A stretch of 39,785 bases of DNA from Paramecium tetraurelia. Its lineage: Eukaryota. Where the stretch lies: assembly GCA_000165425.1 (NCBI GenBank), contig CT868666.1:310001-349785 (forward strand), in the 5' to 3' direction. This document shows, in pieces, positions 23,527 to 36,000 of the stretch. The stretch's first letter is position 1. Each line of letters starts with the position of its first letter. The translations under genes and the position numbers were made by a program. The notes beneath the pieces were generated by a model, which saw nothing but the letters and a program-made list of their open reading frames with translations, made no database searches and was not told the DNA's origin.

Positions 23527-24145
23527 TCATAAGTTTTCCATAAACTTTTAAGCTCTTTGGGAATTTTTCAATGTTTATACTCTGTCATGTTCTCTTAAAT
23601 GTTTTGTTAATTCTTCTGTTGTAACAAATCTCATTTAACAATTACTGAACCCACAGATATATGGTTTGGCTATCTTAACATACTACCCATTTACTAATTC
23701 AACTTGGTATCTAAATCAAATTAAAATTACTTACTCTTCTCTTTTATCGTCCTGTTAAACTGTATTTATTGCAGCAGATAATAGCACAGCGTCTCTTCCT
23801 GATTTATCTATTTTCTTCAATTAAGTATTGGCAGTTTAAACTTCACTTTTGTCCATTCTATCATTTGTTCTTCGATTTTCAAAAAGCATGGATCCAAGAG
23901 CAAATTTATTTACTTTGTAAGGTCGCGTAAATCTAATGAATTCAATTTAAATACTGATCTTGATTTGGGGGATCAATTGTCTTTTCTTTGTTAAATTTAT
24001 TTGATTTGGATTTTTCAGATTTGGATTTAGATTTTGAATCTGATCGGGATCTCGATCTGGAATGAGATTTGGATGATTGTGATGAGGAAGATGAAGATGA
24101 TGAATGACGCTTTTTCTTATGATGCTTTTTTGATTTCTTTTTCAT
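23527..24145 (-). CDS. Lys/Ser/RS-rich protein with a single C-terminal C2H2 zinc finger
   Basis: MKKKSKKHHKKKRHSSSSSSSS...SRSRSRS N-terminus. After two tiny introns (one at 23711-23734) it reads KPYICGFSNCQMRFVTTEELTKHLREH (C-x4-C-x12-H-x3-H). Confidence 0.8.
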
Positions 24146-24234
24146 CTTATGTTTCTATTTTATAAATTTAATTATTACATCCAGTTATCTTAAACATATA
24201 GCGTACTTAATATTAATATGAACAACTATAAATT

Positions 24235-24906
24235 ATGAAAAAATATAAAATCTTGGCTTTACCTGGATGGGAAAATGATGGATTCATTTTGAAAAAACAT
24301 ATGGGGGAATTGCATGATTTGATCTCAAAATATGTCGAAATTGAGTATCTGGATCCTCCTTATGATGTTTCTAAAAGTATGTTTCCCCTTCCTCCGTTAT
24401 TGGATACTTAAGGAAGTAATCAGATTTAATTAATGTGTAGGAAAAGTTTATAGATGGGGGAATTATTATTTGGATATGTCAGAAGACATTGAAAGAATAA
24501 AAAATAGAATTCTTGAAAATCCCAACATTATTGGATTGATGGGATTCTCATAAGGGGTCTTTATAATTGGAGAAATTGGATAACTTGCTTACACAGACTC
24601 AAGACTAGCAAAGCAGCTAAGGTTTCTTATTTGCTTTTCGTCCAATGGAATAAAACCTCGTAGAATTCATTATGATAAAAAACATCTAATTACTATACCT
24701 ACTCTTCAGACTATAGGTTCAAAGGATTTTGCATACCTGGAATCGATTATTTAAACAACAGAATATTTGAATTCTCAAATCATTTGGACAGAATCAAGTA
24801 TATTCAGATGCAATATTTAGCTCATAGAGTTCCAATTTTAAGTTATGATTAGAAAATTGAGTTAGCTAATTTTATCTCTGATAAATTGGATCAGCCAAAA
24901 CTCTGA
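24235..24906 (+). CDS. FSH1/OVCA2-family serine hydrolase
   Basis: KYKILALPGW, IEYLDPPY, nucleophile elbow GLMGFSQG, IPTLQTIGSKD (Asp), HRVP (His). Two tiny introns. Ends DQPKL*. Confidence 0.85.
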
Positions 24907-25041
24907 ATAAATAGAAAGTAATGTGTATATATATATATAATAATCAACTCATTCTGGTTCTAATTATTTATTTATCTGTATTGCATACGGACATTTATTT
25001 GTTTATATATTATTTTAAATTAGCATATAATAAACATCACA

Positions 25042-26313
25042 TCATTATATATGCAAGACTCCTGTTAAGATGTTATAATTTTTGTATTTTGGTCTCAGCT
25101 ACTGGTTTGAAGAATCCGTAATCTCAATTGGCTGAGGTAGTGATTTCTTTGACTATTTCGATTTAGGAGTTTAGGTTTTACTTTGATGTATTTATGAGTA
25201 TCCATGACCTTCTTGATGAAGCGGATTAATTAATTATTTGGATTTCTTTGATTGTTTGGATTATTTGGATGATTATGAGAGTGGTGTCTTTAAAGGCGTT
25301 TACACTGGTTGTTATGGTTTTAACACTTGATTAGAAATTTAATTTGGATTGTAAGTCTACTCTTACTAGAGTGACTACTATTACAATTTCTAATATTTAA
25401 GCAAGTTCTAATCTAGTAAATGCAATTGTTTATTCCGTTCTTAAGCTTAGTAGTTGTCTGAATAGATATGAGGCAGTTTTTGTTGGCTAACATCATTTAA
25501 TTTAATGTTATATGATTCCAAAGATGAACTATGTCCAATTTGTTTTCTTTGGTTTGATAATTCATAATTTTCATTTTCATATTACTTATGCATATTGTAA
25601 TCCTTTAATTTGTTTTCTAGTATCTTTTATTTTTCAAAGGCTATCTTCTGTTCCACTCTTAATCTTTCTTCTTGTTTTTTTGCTTGGATCTCAAGTATTT
25701 TCCTTTTCTTTTCCTCTAATTACTTATTTAATTCATTCTAGTAGGATTATCCCTCCCCTCTCTAAGCTTGAACCAATTAATCTGGGTCGGTTTCTTACAC
25801 TTTCAATAACTTAGATTTGATTTATTATTTTTAATTCAATTTTTATTGGATGACAGAATCATAATTTTCGCGTAATTTTTTTGACTCTTCATCTTTAAGG
25901 ATTTTGATTCTTTCTAAACTTTTAATCTCTTTTAACCTTTCTTACTTGATGTCATCTTATTCGAGTAATAAACTTTAATATGACCTCTCCTAATTCATTT
26001 TTTTTCGAATTAATAAATGATTGAGATTCTCTAAACTAATTTCTATTTGTTTTATTTTTCTTTGTTCCATCTCTTTTAATTTCTTAGATTCTCTTTACCT
26101 AAGAGTTTCTAACATCTAGGATTCTAATTATTAGTCTTATTGATGTTAAATTATTTTTTTTTATTATTTCAATTTCATGTCTGTTTCCAACTCTTCCTTG
26201 TACCTCTGCTTTCTCTACTATTAATCATATTTTTATTGATTCTCATTTAGCACTTTTTCCACCATTTATTTCTGAACTATCCCAGCCCATTAATGAGACA
26301 GTTATTAACTCAT
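25042..26313 (-). CDS. Hypothetical Gln/Glu/Lys-rich coiled-coil protein with C-terminal YNILTG motif
   Basis: MSQQLSHQWAGIVQKQMVEK...RKQRYKEELETDM... charged heptad-like sequence, ending RPKYKNYNILTGVLHIQ*. Span of 1272 nt is divisible by 3. The middle was not fully verified. Confidence 0.7.
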
Positions 26314-26556
26314 TTCTAACACTTTTTATAATTTTTATTAATAATATGGCAACAATATAAAAGATTAATTGTAATATTCCCTATATTATTTACTGTTTTA
26401 CCCTTTAACATCTCTTTTGATATATATAAATTTTCTTCTATGAGACTGTATAATTTAAAAACAATGCTATTTAGTGGATAAATTTATCAGGATTAATCAG
26501 TGACTAAGTAGTATTTAATTTGAGAATAGGATTGAAATCAATATATTAATTAATAA

Positions 26557-27369
26557 ATGAGTCATAGATAAAAGAGAGTGAAACCTGGCCGTCCAAGTAA
26601 GGAGGATCAAAAAGAAGGAGTCGAGATATAAAGATCCTCAGATGATGAGAATGAGTATATTGCAGACGACTCTGATTGTGAAAGAATCTTTTCCTTACTC
26701 GCCAAATAAAGCAGCTATAAAAATATAACCAAAACAGGGCCAACTAAGACCAAAAAGGTTGATGAAGAATAATTAGCAGAGGCTTCTGAAAATGTGAAAA
26801 AAGTTCTTGACGAATTATAAATATAAGACCCTCAATTCTTTTTTTTATCAAATTAAAAAAGAAAGTACGAGTTTTAAAATGACAAATTGATTGATAGGAC
26901 TGAATACAAACTAATTAGTAAGGACGGATTTAATCCAAGGTATGAAAAGTTGATTAATAAAATGAATGTTGTCAATAGAGAATTGGACGAAAAATTTATT
27001 GATGTGCTAAAAGAAATTTTACTACAATATTCCGCCTTGGTAAACTAAGAAGAGAACTCAAATTCTATTATTGAAAAAATAATTTAAACCATAAAAAATC
27101 CTGAAAATCAAGAAAAATTTTAATATTTGCTCACATGGCAAAGACTAAAAAGCATAACCAAAGAAACTCGTATGAATAGAGCCATTGAAGATTTAGAAGA
27201 AAAACGAAAGGAAATTAATAAGAAAACATCGGACAAAGTAAAGAAAAAGCACTAAGAATTTATTGATGGTCAAAAAAAAGAATTAGATGAAGAAAATAGT
27301 ATGGATCCTCTCTAATATTTAATTACAAAGCTGATTTTGGCATTTAATTAAATAGTAGGAAACGTATGA
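26557..27369 (+). CDS. Hypothetical 270-aa intron-less protein with N-terminal AT-hook-like motif
   Basis: Uninterrupted 813-nt ORF: MSHRQKRVKPGRPSKEDQKEG...acidic SSDDENEYIADDSD...helical charged C-terminus ...FNQIVGNV*. Confidence 0.72.
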
Positions 27370-27539
27370 TAATGCATTTTCAAATGCAAGTGATATATAT
27401 TCGATTAAAATCCTAAATTATTTTTACTAATTAATATAATAAACTCTAATAATTACTTTAATTTTTAAGCTTAATGCTTTTTCTAAATCTTAAATATTAA
27501 TGTTAATTTTTAAAGCTACAACTTATAAATTCGATCAAT

Positions 27540-29071
27540 TCATGGAAATAATTCATGCTTTACAAACTTAGCCATAAAAACTTCTGCTTCTTCTCTTTTA
27601 TCTAGAGGTACCATGTGACCTGCATTTCTAATCGTCATAAATGTTAAACCATCCAAATCTACTACGTACCCAGCATTTTAATTTCCATCAACATCTCTCT
27701 TTCCTGGTACAAACCAAGGCCTCCAAGGGTTTAAAGTTAACAAGGCTGATACAATATATATTAATGTGATACATAATTCTTTCTGCAATTTATTAAGCCA
27801 ATACATAGTTCCGGTAACAGGAACTACTCCATCCACGTCGCCACTATATATCAAGACTTTAATTTAATGTTTAAGAATTTCTTCATATAAATAATAAGAC
27901 CCTTTTGGATTTTCTTGATAATCAACGAATTTCTTTGAGCAAACTTCCCATTCTGCTGACTCAGCTTTAATGTGTAATAACTCAAATATAAATATATTTT
28001 ACATCTCGAACTTAATTCGACCTTAAATGATGATATAATCCTTAAATATCAGCACATGCAGGAATATCTGCATCCTCAGTATATGACATCAAGCCATGAG
28101 ATTTTGATGCCCTTTTACTTCCCTCAGGAGTATAGGTGTAACATGGTCCATAAATATTGTATTGGTTAGCTTTGACTTGTTAATCCTTTCCTGTTATTTG
28201 CTCTTCGACTTCTTGTGATATTTATCTACAAATATCAGTTTTGACTTCAACACATTATTTTTCCACACTTCTTACTTTTTCATACAATTCTTCACTTATA
28301 AAATTGTGTCTTCCAACTTAGTGAAAAACATGAACTTAGAATTACCAAGCTGCATGTGTACATTCAGTTGGATCTGTGCATCCATTGCCAATAGCCAATC
28401 CTTACAAATTAATTCTACCTTCTGCGCTTTATTTAGAATTATAATCTATAATTTCTATTGTTAGAGTTGGCACATATACTCCACCAAAGGATTCTCCCGC
28501 AAGAAATAATGGCGATGTTTTATACTCTGGAAACTTATTAAAAAAGTCGATCAATGCTTGGAGGTTATATTTAGCAGTTGATTCATCAGACTACTACACT
28601 TAAGGGCCATAGGAAAAACCAACAGATATTGGTGATTCAAGATATATCATATTAGCCTAAAGGTTGTTTACGTCAGATAAATACAAAATTTGTCCATGAA
28701 TACTTGTTTAGCTCAAACTCGGATGTACCTGCTTTAAATACAAAAGGACCGTTCTCATTAAAGGCACCCTAAATGGATGAACACCCAGGCCCTCCATTTA
28801 ACCATAATATTATTGGTTTCTTTAGTGAATCATTTGCAGCTGGGTAAAATAAATAATAAAATTAAGTTGTTCCTTGTGCATCTGCTTTTAGATATCCAGA
28901 ATATCTAAAGACTTAAATTGAATCTTACAAATCTCCTTAGTAATTGATATTAAAAAGCTGATTCAACTTATTCTTATCTACAATATCTGCATTGTCGACC
29001 CCTGCTTACAGCGCCTCTGATAGAGATAGAGACATAGTTAGAAAAACTATCATAGTTACATTAATCCTCAT
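27540..29071 (-). CDS. Serine carboxypeptidase, peptidase family S10, with signal peptide
   Basis: Hydrophobic N-terminus [55 protein letters not shown], catalytic [43 protein letters not shown]. Several tiny introns. Confidence 0.95.
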
Positions 29072-30039
29072 TCTGTATTAATATTAATTTAAAATTCAAT
29101 TTATCATTTTATAATTGTATATTATAGAACATGGATTTTCTACATTTTAATATGTGCATTAAGTTGAAATTTTATTTTTATTAAGCGAAGTCATATTTAT
29201 AATTGGTATTCTAGAATCGAAAAATAACAATCATTTAATAATCAAATCCTTAAATGCAAATCTATAACATCCATTTTTGTTAAATTATTCGATTAAAGTA
29301 GAGTTCATGATAAATTTTGAATATGAAAAGTAGTGTTTCTGATTTTAAGAGGTTTATTAGTTTACTTATAGTGGTGATCATTTAATTATATTGTTAAAAA
29401 AATAAACAAAATGAAAAACCAATATCCTATAGGAAGTATTTATATTTTCAAATGAAAAAAACAATGTACATAGGATTGTAATGTTGTAATTTAAAATTTA
29501 ATTAAAGAAATAAAAACGAGATATTAAATGAAGCATAAATTATTGGATTTTAGATTACAAATGTGTGTTCTTTAGATTTATAGATTTTTGTGACATAATC
29601 ATTTCATTATACGATTCATGATGCTTGTTATCATCCCAGTTTAGGTGATACTATTTATCAAAGAACTTTGGATTCCATATATAAACTGCTAATATTTGTA
29701 GCATTTAAAGATCTTGAATTTTTATTAATATTGGCATTAAATTAGTATAATTTGGATGTATTAGATTTACATAATTTAAAATAAATGGTTTAGGAAGTAC
29801 TCATAAAACCCCAGGTTCCTAATCCTTGACTAAATACTTTCACATTTTATGGAAATTTTAATTTGTAAGTATTAGCACTGTAATTAAAAATCAACTTCAC
29901 AAGGATAATACTATAAATTCAAAATATTCATGATTTATCTCAAAAAAAAATGTATTTTTGTTACTTATAATTCGAAGAAAAAGTTATGGGTATCTTAATA
30001 ATAATTACAATTAATTTTATAAATAATAAATAAAAATAA

Positions 30040-33000
30040 TCATTTTTCCATTTAATATGTAATCTCGGTGTGAGTCAAATATTTACATACATAAGATGTA
30101 ATCTCGGTGTGAGTCAAATATTTACATACATCATCAACAATTATTGAAAATGAATTATCCTCGTCTTTTTTATCATGAGAAAATATTGTTAAGTCACTAA
30201 AGTCTTTTTTAAATTCTGAGTTCATTAAATCAACAGATTAGTTTAATTTTACAATTTTTAATTATACCTTCATATCTGATAGAGCATTCAAAATTATATC
30301 TTATTTCAATCCACATGGACAGCCTTCAGGATAATTATCTTTGAAATTATTGTAAGCTTTTCCATGAGGAGGAGCATCAGCTATTAAAAATAGCAGTTTC
30401 TCATAATTTTGATCCCATTTTAAACCTGATGAAGCATTTAAGCCATCCAATACGGCCTCTGGTGCATCACCACCACCATCCACTTATAATTTATCTAAAA
30501 ATTGTAAAATAACTTCATCAGAGGTGAAACGTTATACCTCTATGATATTTTGATCTTTATTATAAGGAAATTTATGATCTTTGTAAGAAACAGCAGCAAA
30601 CTTTATCTCAAGTTTATCACGATAAACAGTTTTTTTAGCATTTGCTTATTCCATAATATCTTTGATGGTATTTATACACATTTTTATAAGATGTTGCATC
30701 GATCCTGTTGAGTCTATTACAAAGGCTACATTTATTCCTTAAATTTAATTTTCAACATGACGTTCCATACATGAGAAACTATGAGATTTAATATCATCCT
30801 TTTATGTATGCCAAGCAGCTTAATTGCAAAATGATTTGGGACCTTTTTCGTATTCGCATATAGGGCAATAGTAGTTGCAACCCTGAATCGTTTCCAATTC
30901 ATTATAAATTGGATGAAACCAGTTGTTTAATTTCCAAAATTCTTCACATAAAACCTCATCAAATTTGATGTGTTCAAATCCAACATATTTCTCATATGAA
31001 TGCTTGGCTCTATATTGATTATTCTTTTTCAAACATTTTTTTAGGTCCTTCACATTTCACTAAATGAAAATGAGCTCTTCCTCTTCTTTTGCAGCTCTAG
31101 TCACATGTTTCAGGGGCTGAACTTTCTCCGAGATTATACTTTCTAATTGTAGAATCTTTCAAATCTTGTATTAGAACATTAACCTAAATTCCTTCTTATA
31201 TTGTAAATATTTAGTTTTCTTTATTTCTATGTCTGTCTGATGAATGAGGACCTGAATGATTGTATTACAAATCGCAATATGTATTACACTCAGGACATTA
31301 TTAATTACAATAATGAAACTACTTTTCAGTTTTATCCTTACATAAATGATTTCCAGCATGCCACTTTTAGTTAGCTGGTATTAGTTATTGGCATTTTTTT
31401 TTCCCAGAATCTTTTGCAACATACTTAGTATATGGAAACTCTGAAGATTAATTTTTCCATATAACTTACTAGATATCATATTCGATTTTGCATATGCCTT
31501 CTTCTTAGCAAAGTTCTTAACAAAAATGTATATTGCCACATAAATGGTTCTCTTTTAAAAAGGAGTGATCGTGTGGTTAGCAGCATTTTCTGGGACACAA
31601 TTGACAGTTATGAGTGCAATAAATATCTAAGTAATTATGGTTAGTATAATGACCTTCTGAGTTATCCTACTTACAGTCTTTAGCACAGTATTAGCATTTT
31701 TCCTTACAAGGATGATCGCTTAAACAGTTATGTTTAGAATTGTGCTTAAAGCTTTTCATACAAGTATTACTGCACAATGGAATTTCACATGTATCTTTAC
31801 ATCTATGATCTTATTTCATGCACAAATGTTCTTAGTTTTCATAATGTCCAGCCTTATTATCGCATATTTAATCAGGACATACCTAACAAACTTAATCACA
31901 TTTGTGACTTTCCCTTTGACAATAGTGTACAAACAAATTTGAATCCAAAAGTTTCCTTTAAATATCCTTAAAATTGATCAATTTAAGTGCTATTTCATAT
32001 TATTGAAAAGATTTAACTTCAATTAGTAGTTATTCTTTATTTTATTTCAAATCATTAACTTTCTTTTCAAGTTATTCAATTTTGTTTAAAACTTATTAAA
32101 TCTCTTTTTCTTCTTAAGTTTCTAAAAGCTTTTATTATTATAAGTCTTTCCAATTTTGCATTTAAGTTGATTTTTCCTTCAGTGATTCACATAATATGTG
32201 ATATTAATTTAAATGTTTACAAAAAGAATTTATTTACTCTAATTAAGAAGTTAGTTTATTAATTTATTAATCTATTTCAATATTCTTATTTGATACATTT
32301 TATTTATCTTAATTCAATTACTATTATTGCTCTCTTACTACTTTAAGATTTTACTCATTAATATGTTATTTTTGTTTAATGTTTATTAATTTATTGTCAA
32401 ACTCTTCTTATCTTCTTTAAATTTCACTTACTTCAGAATCTAATTTTGATTATTATATATTAATTTCAATTTCACTTAGTTCTTTTAATTTTATACTATA
32501 ATCCTTAACTTAATATTCAAGGTCAGAATATTTTTTCTTAAAACTCTCTATAGTCTAAGTTTATATGATCTTCAATTTTGTGATTCGTTGAGTTATTTCA
32601 ACTTTTATAGTTTAAATTTCGTCTAAGGTAATGGTTGTCGGTTATTCAAACTTATAATTATGAATTTCAAATTAGGATAAATTTATACAGTCTTCCTCTT
32701 TATTATAAAAATCGTAATTCATCAATTCAGTTTTGGTGCATTCTTTTTTCTATTTAATTTCATTTATCTCAGACTAGATTGTTAATCCATACAATAGATT
32801 TTATGCTTCACTGATACTTTATGCAATTTTCTGAATATTCTCTAGTTTCTCTTTTTCTTGATCCTAGATCTTGATTTTCAAATTCTTTTATTAATTTTCT
32901 ATATTTTTGATTTCATTAGCAATGTAGTCGTTGAGTTTAGTAGAAATTTCTATATGATTTTTGAAGTGTTTGCAATGCAAGTGACAATATTTGCATTTTT

Positions 33001-36000
33001 CAAAGCAAAATTCGTACATCTTCATTTAATCCATAAAGAAGCTCTGTAACATCGATATATTGTTTTTAATCATTATTTGAACCTCTTAATTGTCGATACT
33101 ACTTATTTCTTATTATGTTCTTAACATAATCTATTCTTTCCTGAATTCGAAGAGTGTATTCAACTATGATTGAACTTCTCCTAAGTTTTTATTATGAGTT
33201 TAGATGGAATCTTTTATTTCGAGATCTTCATATAGTAAGTTCAGCAAATCTTTATTGTATAGAATATGTTAGATCTCTGAACATTTTTAAAATTGATACT
33301 TGTTTTAGTCTAATTTTAAATTTTCACATTTAACTTCATCTGAAGTGAATTAATACCATTATTCTTTGCTTTAGTCGAAAATTTTTTCTATTCTTATTTA
33401 CAATTCTATCAAACTTGCATTTGTATTGTCAGAAATTTCCAACTAGCACAACAGTATTTTCATCATTTAAATTAATTTTATTCCATTCCAACAATTAGAT
33501 TTAACAGAACTATCTAAAAAGTATTTTCTAACAGCAATAAGCTATTCATCAAATTATTTGGTTTCATAATTGAATAATTTTTCAACTGAGAATTAATTTT
33601 GAAATAATCTCTTTAAAAATACTATTTCTTCTGATCCAGTTTATCTTAGTCTGTCGAGATTTTTTAATAATACTTACTCAGCTCCTGAATTATCATTTGA
33701 ACTCACATCTCTTAAAACAAAATATAAAATTCCTTTAAATAAGTCTTAGTCATTTAATTACTTGGATGCTTCTACTAAATTCTTAAATAGATCATCGAGA
33801 TGGCGGCTCAATGTTAAATCTGAATTTAAAATAGTAATATCACAGATAGCAGTAAGAAATGCCAACATTTTTATTTCTTCTTTATCAGTTCTAGCTCCAT
33901 TAAATAAACCTTCACAATCTAAAATTAGGAATATTTAATCTTCTATATATGCAACACTTCCCCAAATACCATCTGTACATCTAGCTGATGAAACAGAAAA
34001 ACGAGTGCCAAATACTCTATTCAATAAATAACTTTTGCCTGATGATTGCTTACCAATAATTCCTACTACAAATATCTTCTTATTGCAATCAGACAAATGC
34101 TCTTCTAAAAATCCTAAGTGTAATTATTTTACTTTTTAATCTACACTAGTTTTTGTTTAAGTTTGAGTTTCATATCTAAATCCATCAATTAGAGGTATTA
34201 ATTTACTATTTTCAATTGTGCATAATTATAAAGGAACTCGTGAATATATGATATTTTTTATTTTATCACATATAAGTTCTGCACCCTAAAATTTTGATGA
34301 ATTCAAATTTACTCCATCTATACTCATTTTATCCAAGTAAGTATCCAATTTGTCGCAATACTCTTGATTAACATATAGATTAATGGCTCTCTTCTTTTCT
34401 TTAAATAAAAATTGAGAGTTTGGACCAAATTTTATAAATGAACCTTTTACTATATCTAAAGCAGGATTTCCAATTATTTTTTACTCGTTATTTTATGATT
34501 TATGAAATTTTTTCTAAATCACTAAATTAGAAATGATTTTTGCTTATTTTTCATTCTAATCTTCATGCTTAAGTTTGCCTAAAATTATAACATCGGATTA
34601 GTCAGCAAAAATTTTGATTGATCCTTCTATTTCTACACTCTCTATTTTCTGACAATTTGAATCATATCTATCACAGCAATAATCGTTGGCAAGATAAAAG
34701 TATTTTCCACTTGGGCAAGTGTGTATTTAATTATAACTGCAATCTGGTCTAATACTTGGCGTGAATTCTGTTTGACTTATTTCATTTTTAATTTACTAAA
34801 TACATTTGACCTTTTCAAAACCTTAATTTTATTCTTGTTATTTAAAAACCCCATCTTTTGACAATACTATAAATTTATCACAATCACTCAGATATGCAAC
34901 TTACTCAATAATAAAAAAATTATTATTTTCTTGTTAAATACAAATACATTATGAACTTTTGAGCTTTCCAGTTTCTGAAATAAGTATTTGATGTACAAAT
35001 TTGTTTTTAAAGTTAAAAATATATAGTTATCCTCTATAATAATCATAAAAATAAACCGACCTACAAGAATCTTTATAATCGAATGATATTAAGCGGTTAG
35101 GTTACTTTGCTTTGTGCATTTGTAAAAAGATTTAGGTTTGACTGTTATTGATCCTAATAATATATATCATGAATTTTTCTTTTGTGTTAAAAATATCGAT
35201 AATAAAGAATTCATCTTTTGCCTAAAGCTAAAAAAAGCCACTATTTAAAATAATAGTTTGAATGTCATTTTACATAATACAATCGACTAATTCTGATTGA
35301 TTATCATTAGGTCTTTTTACTATTAAAGAAACTTTTTGAACTTTATAATATTCTTACTTCTTTAAATCTTCAGCTATTGATTTCATTTTTTTTTTGTATG
35401 TCTCAATGGTTTATTTGAGATCACCACCTACATGAAGGGGTTTATTTTACGCGAATTGTTAAATAAAAGTCAAAGCGTAATTCAGTTTTTACTTTTTAAA
35501 AATATTTTGAATATTCTCATTCATTTATTTTTCTAATTTGTTTGATAATTCCTACAAAATACCATACAAATTATTGGATTAGTATTCTATTTAAAAACAT
35601 TTTATTAGTTAAGCTATAGAATAATTTTAAGTTGTTTGTATTTGCTCCAATAGCTTATGTGCAAAAATATCATAAGAGAGATAGAATTCTTTTTCCTCAT
35701 TCTCTCTAAAATGAATGTATTGAAGTGCAAAGAGCTTAGGTGACTATGTCTAAGATTTGAGAATGTTACGGTTTAAAATATCTTTGGATAACTTCCATTA
35801 GCATCCATATTATAGTACCCCCCTATTTTGTTCATCATTAAAATTATAATCATTTCTTTATAACATTTACGTACTAAATGGAATTAACTCTCCTTTATAC
35901 CAATTTTAATTTAGGATAGTATCGCTCAAGCAAAATTTAATATTATCAGTTAAATCTTGTAATATTCTAAATAGAACTATTTCTATTGCTTTTTCATTGA

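Noticed and set aside
30057..30131. 36-nt direct repeat as a CRISPR-like array
   Set aside because: Only two copies with a 3-nt spacer, in frame inside a eukaryotic CDS, and no cas genes.
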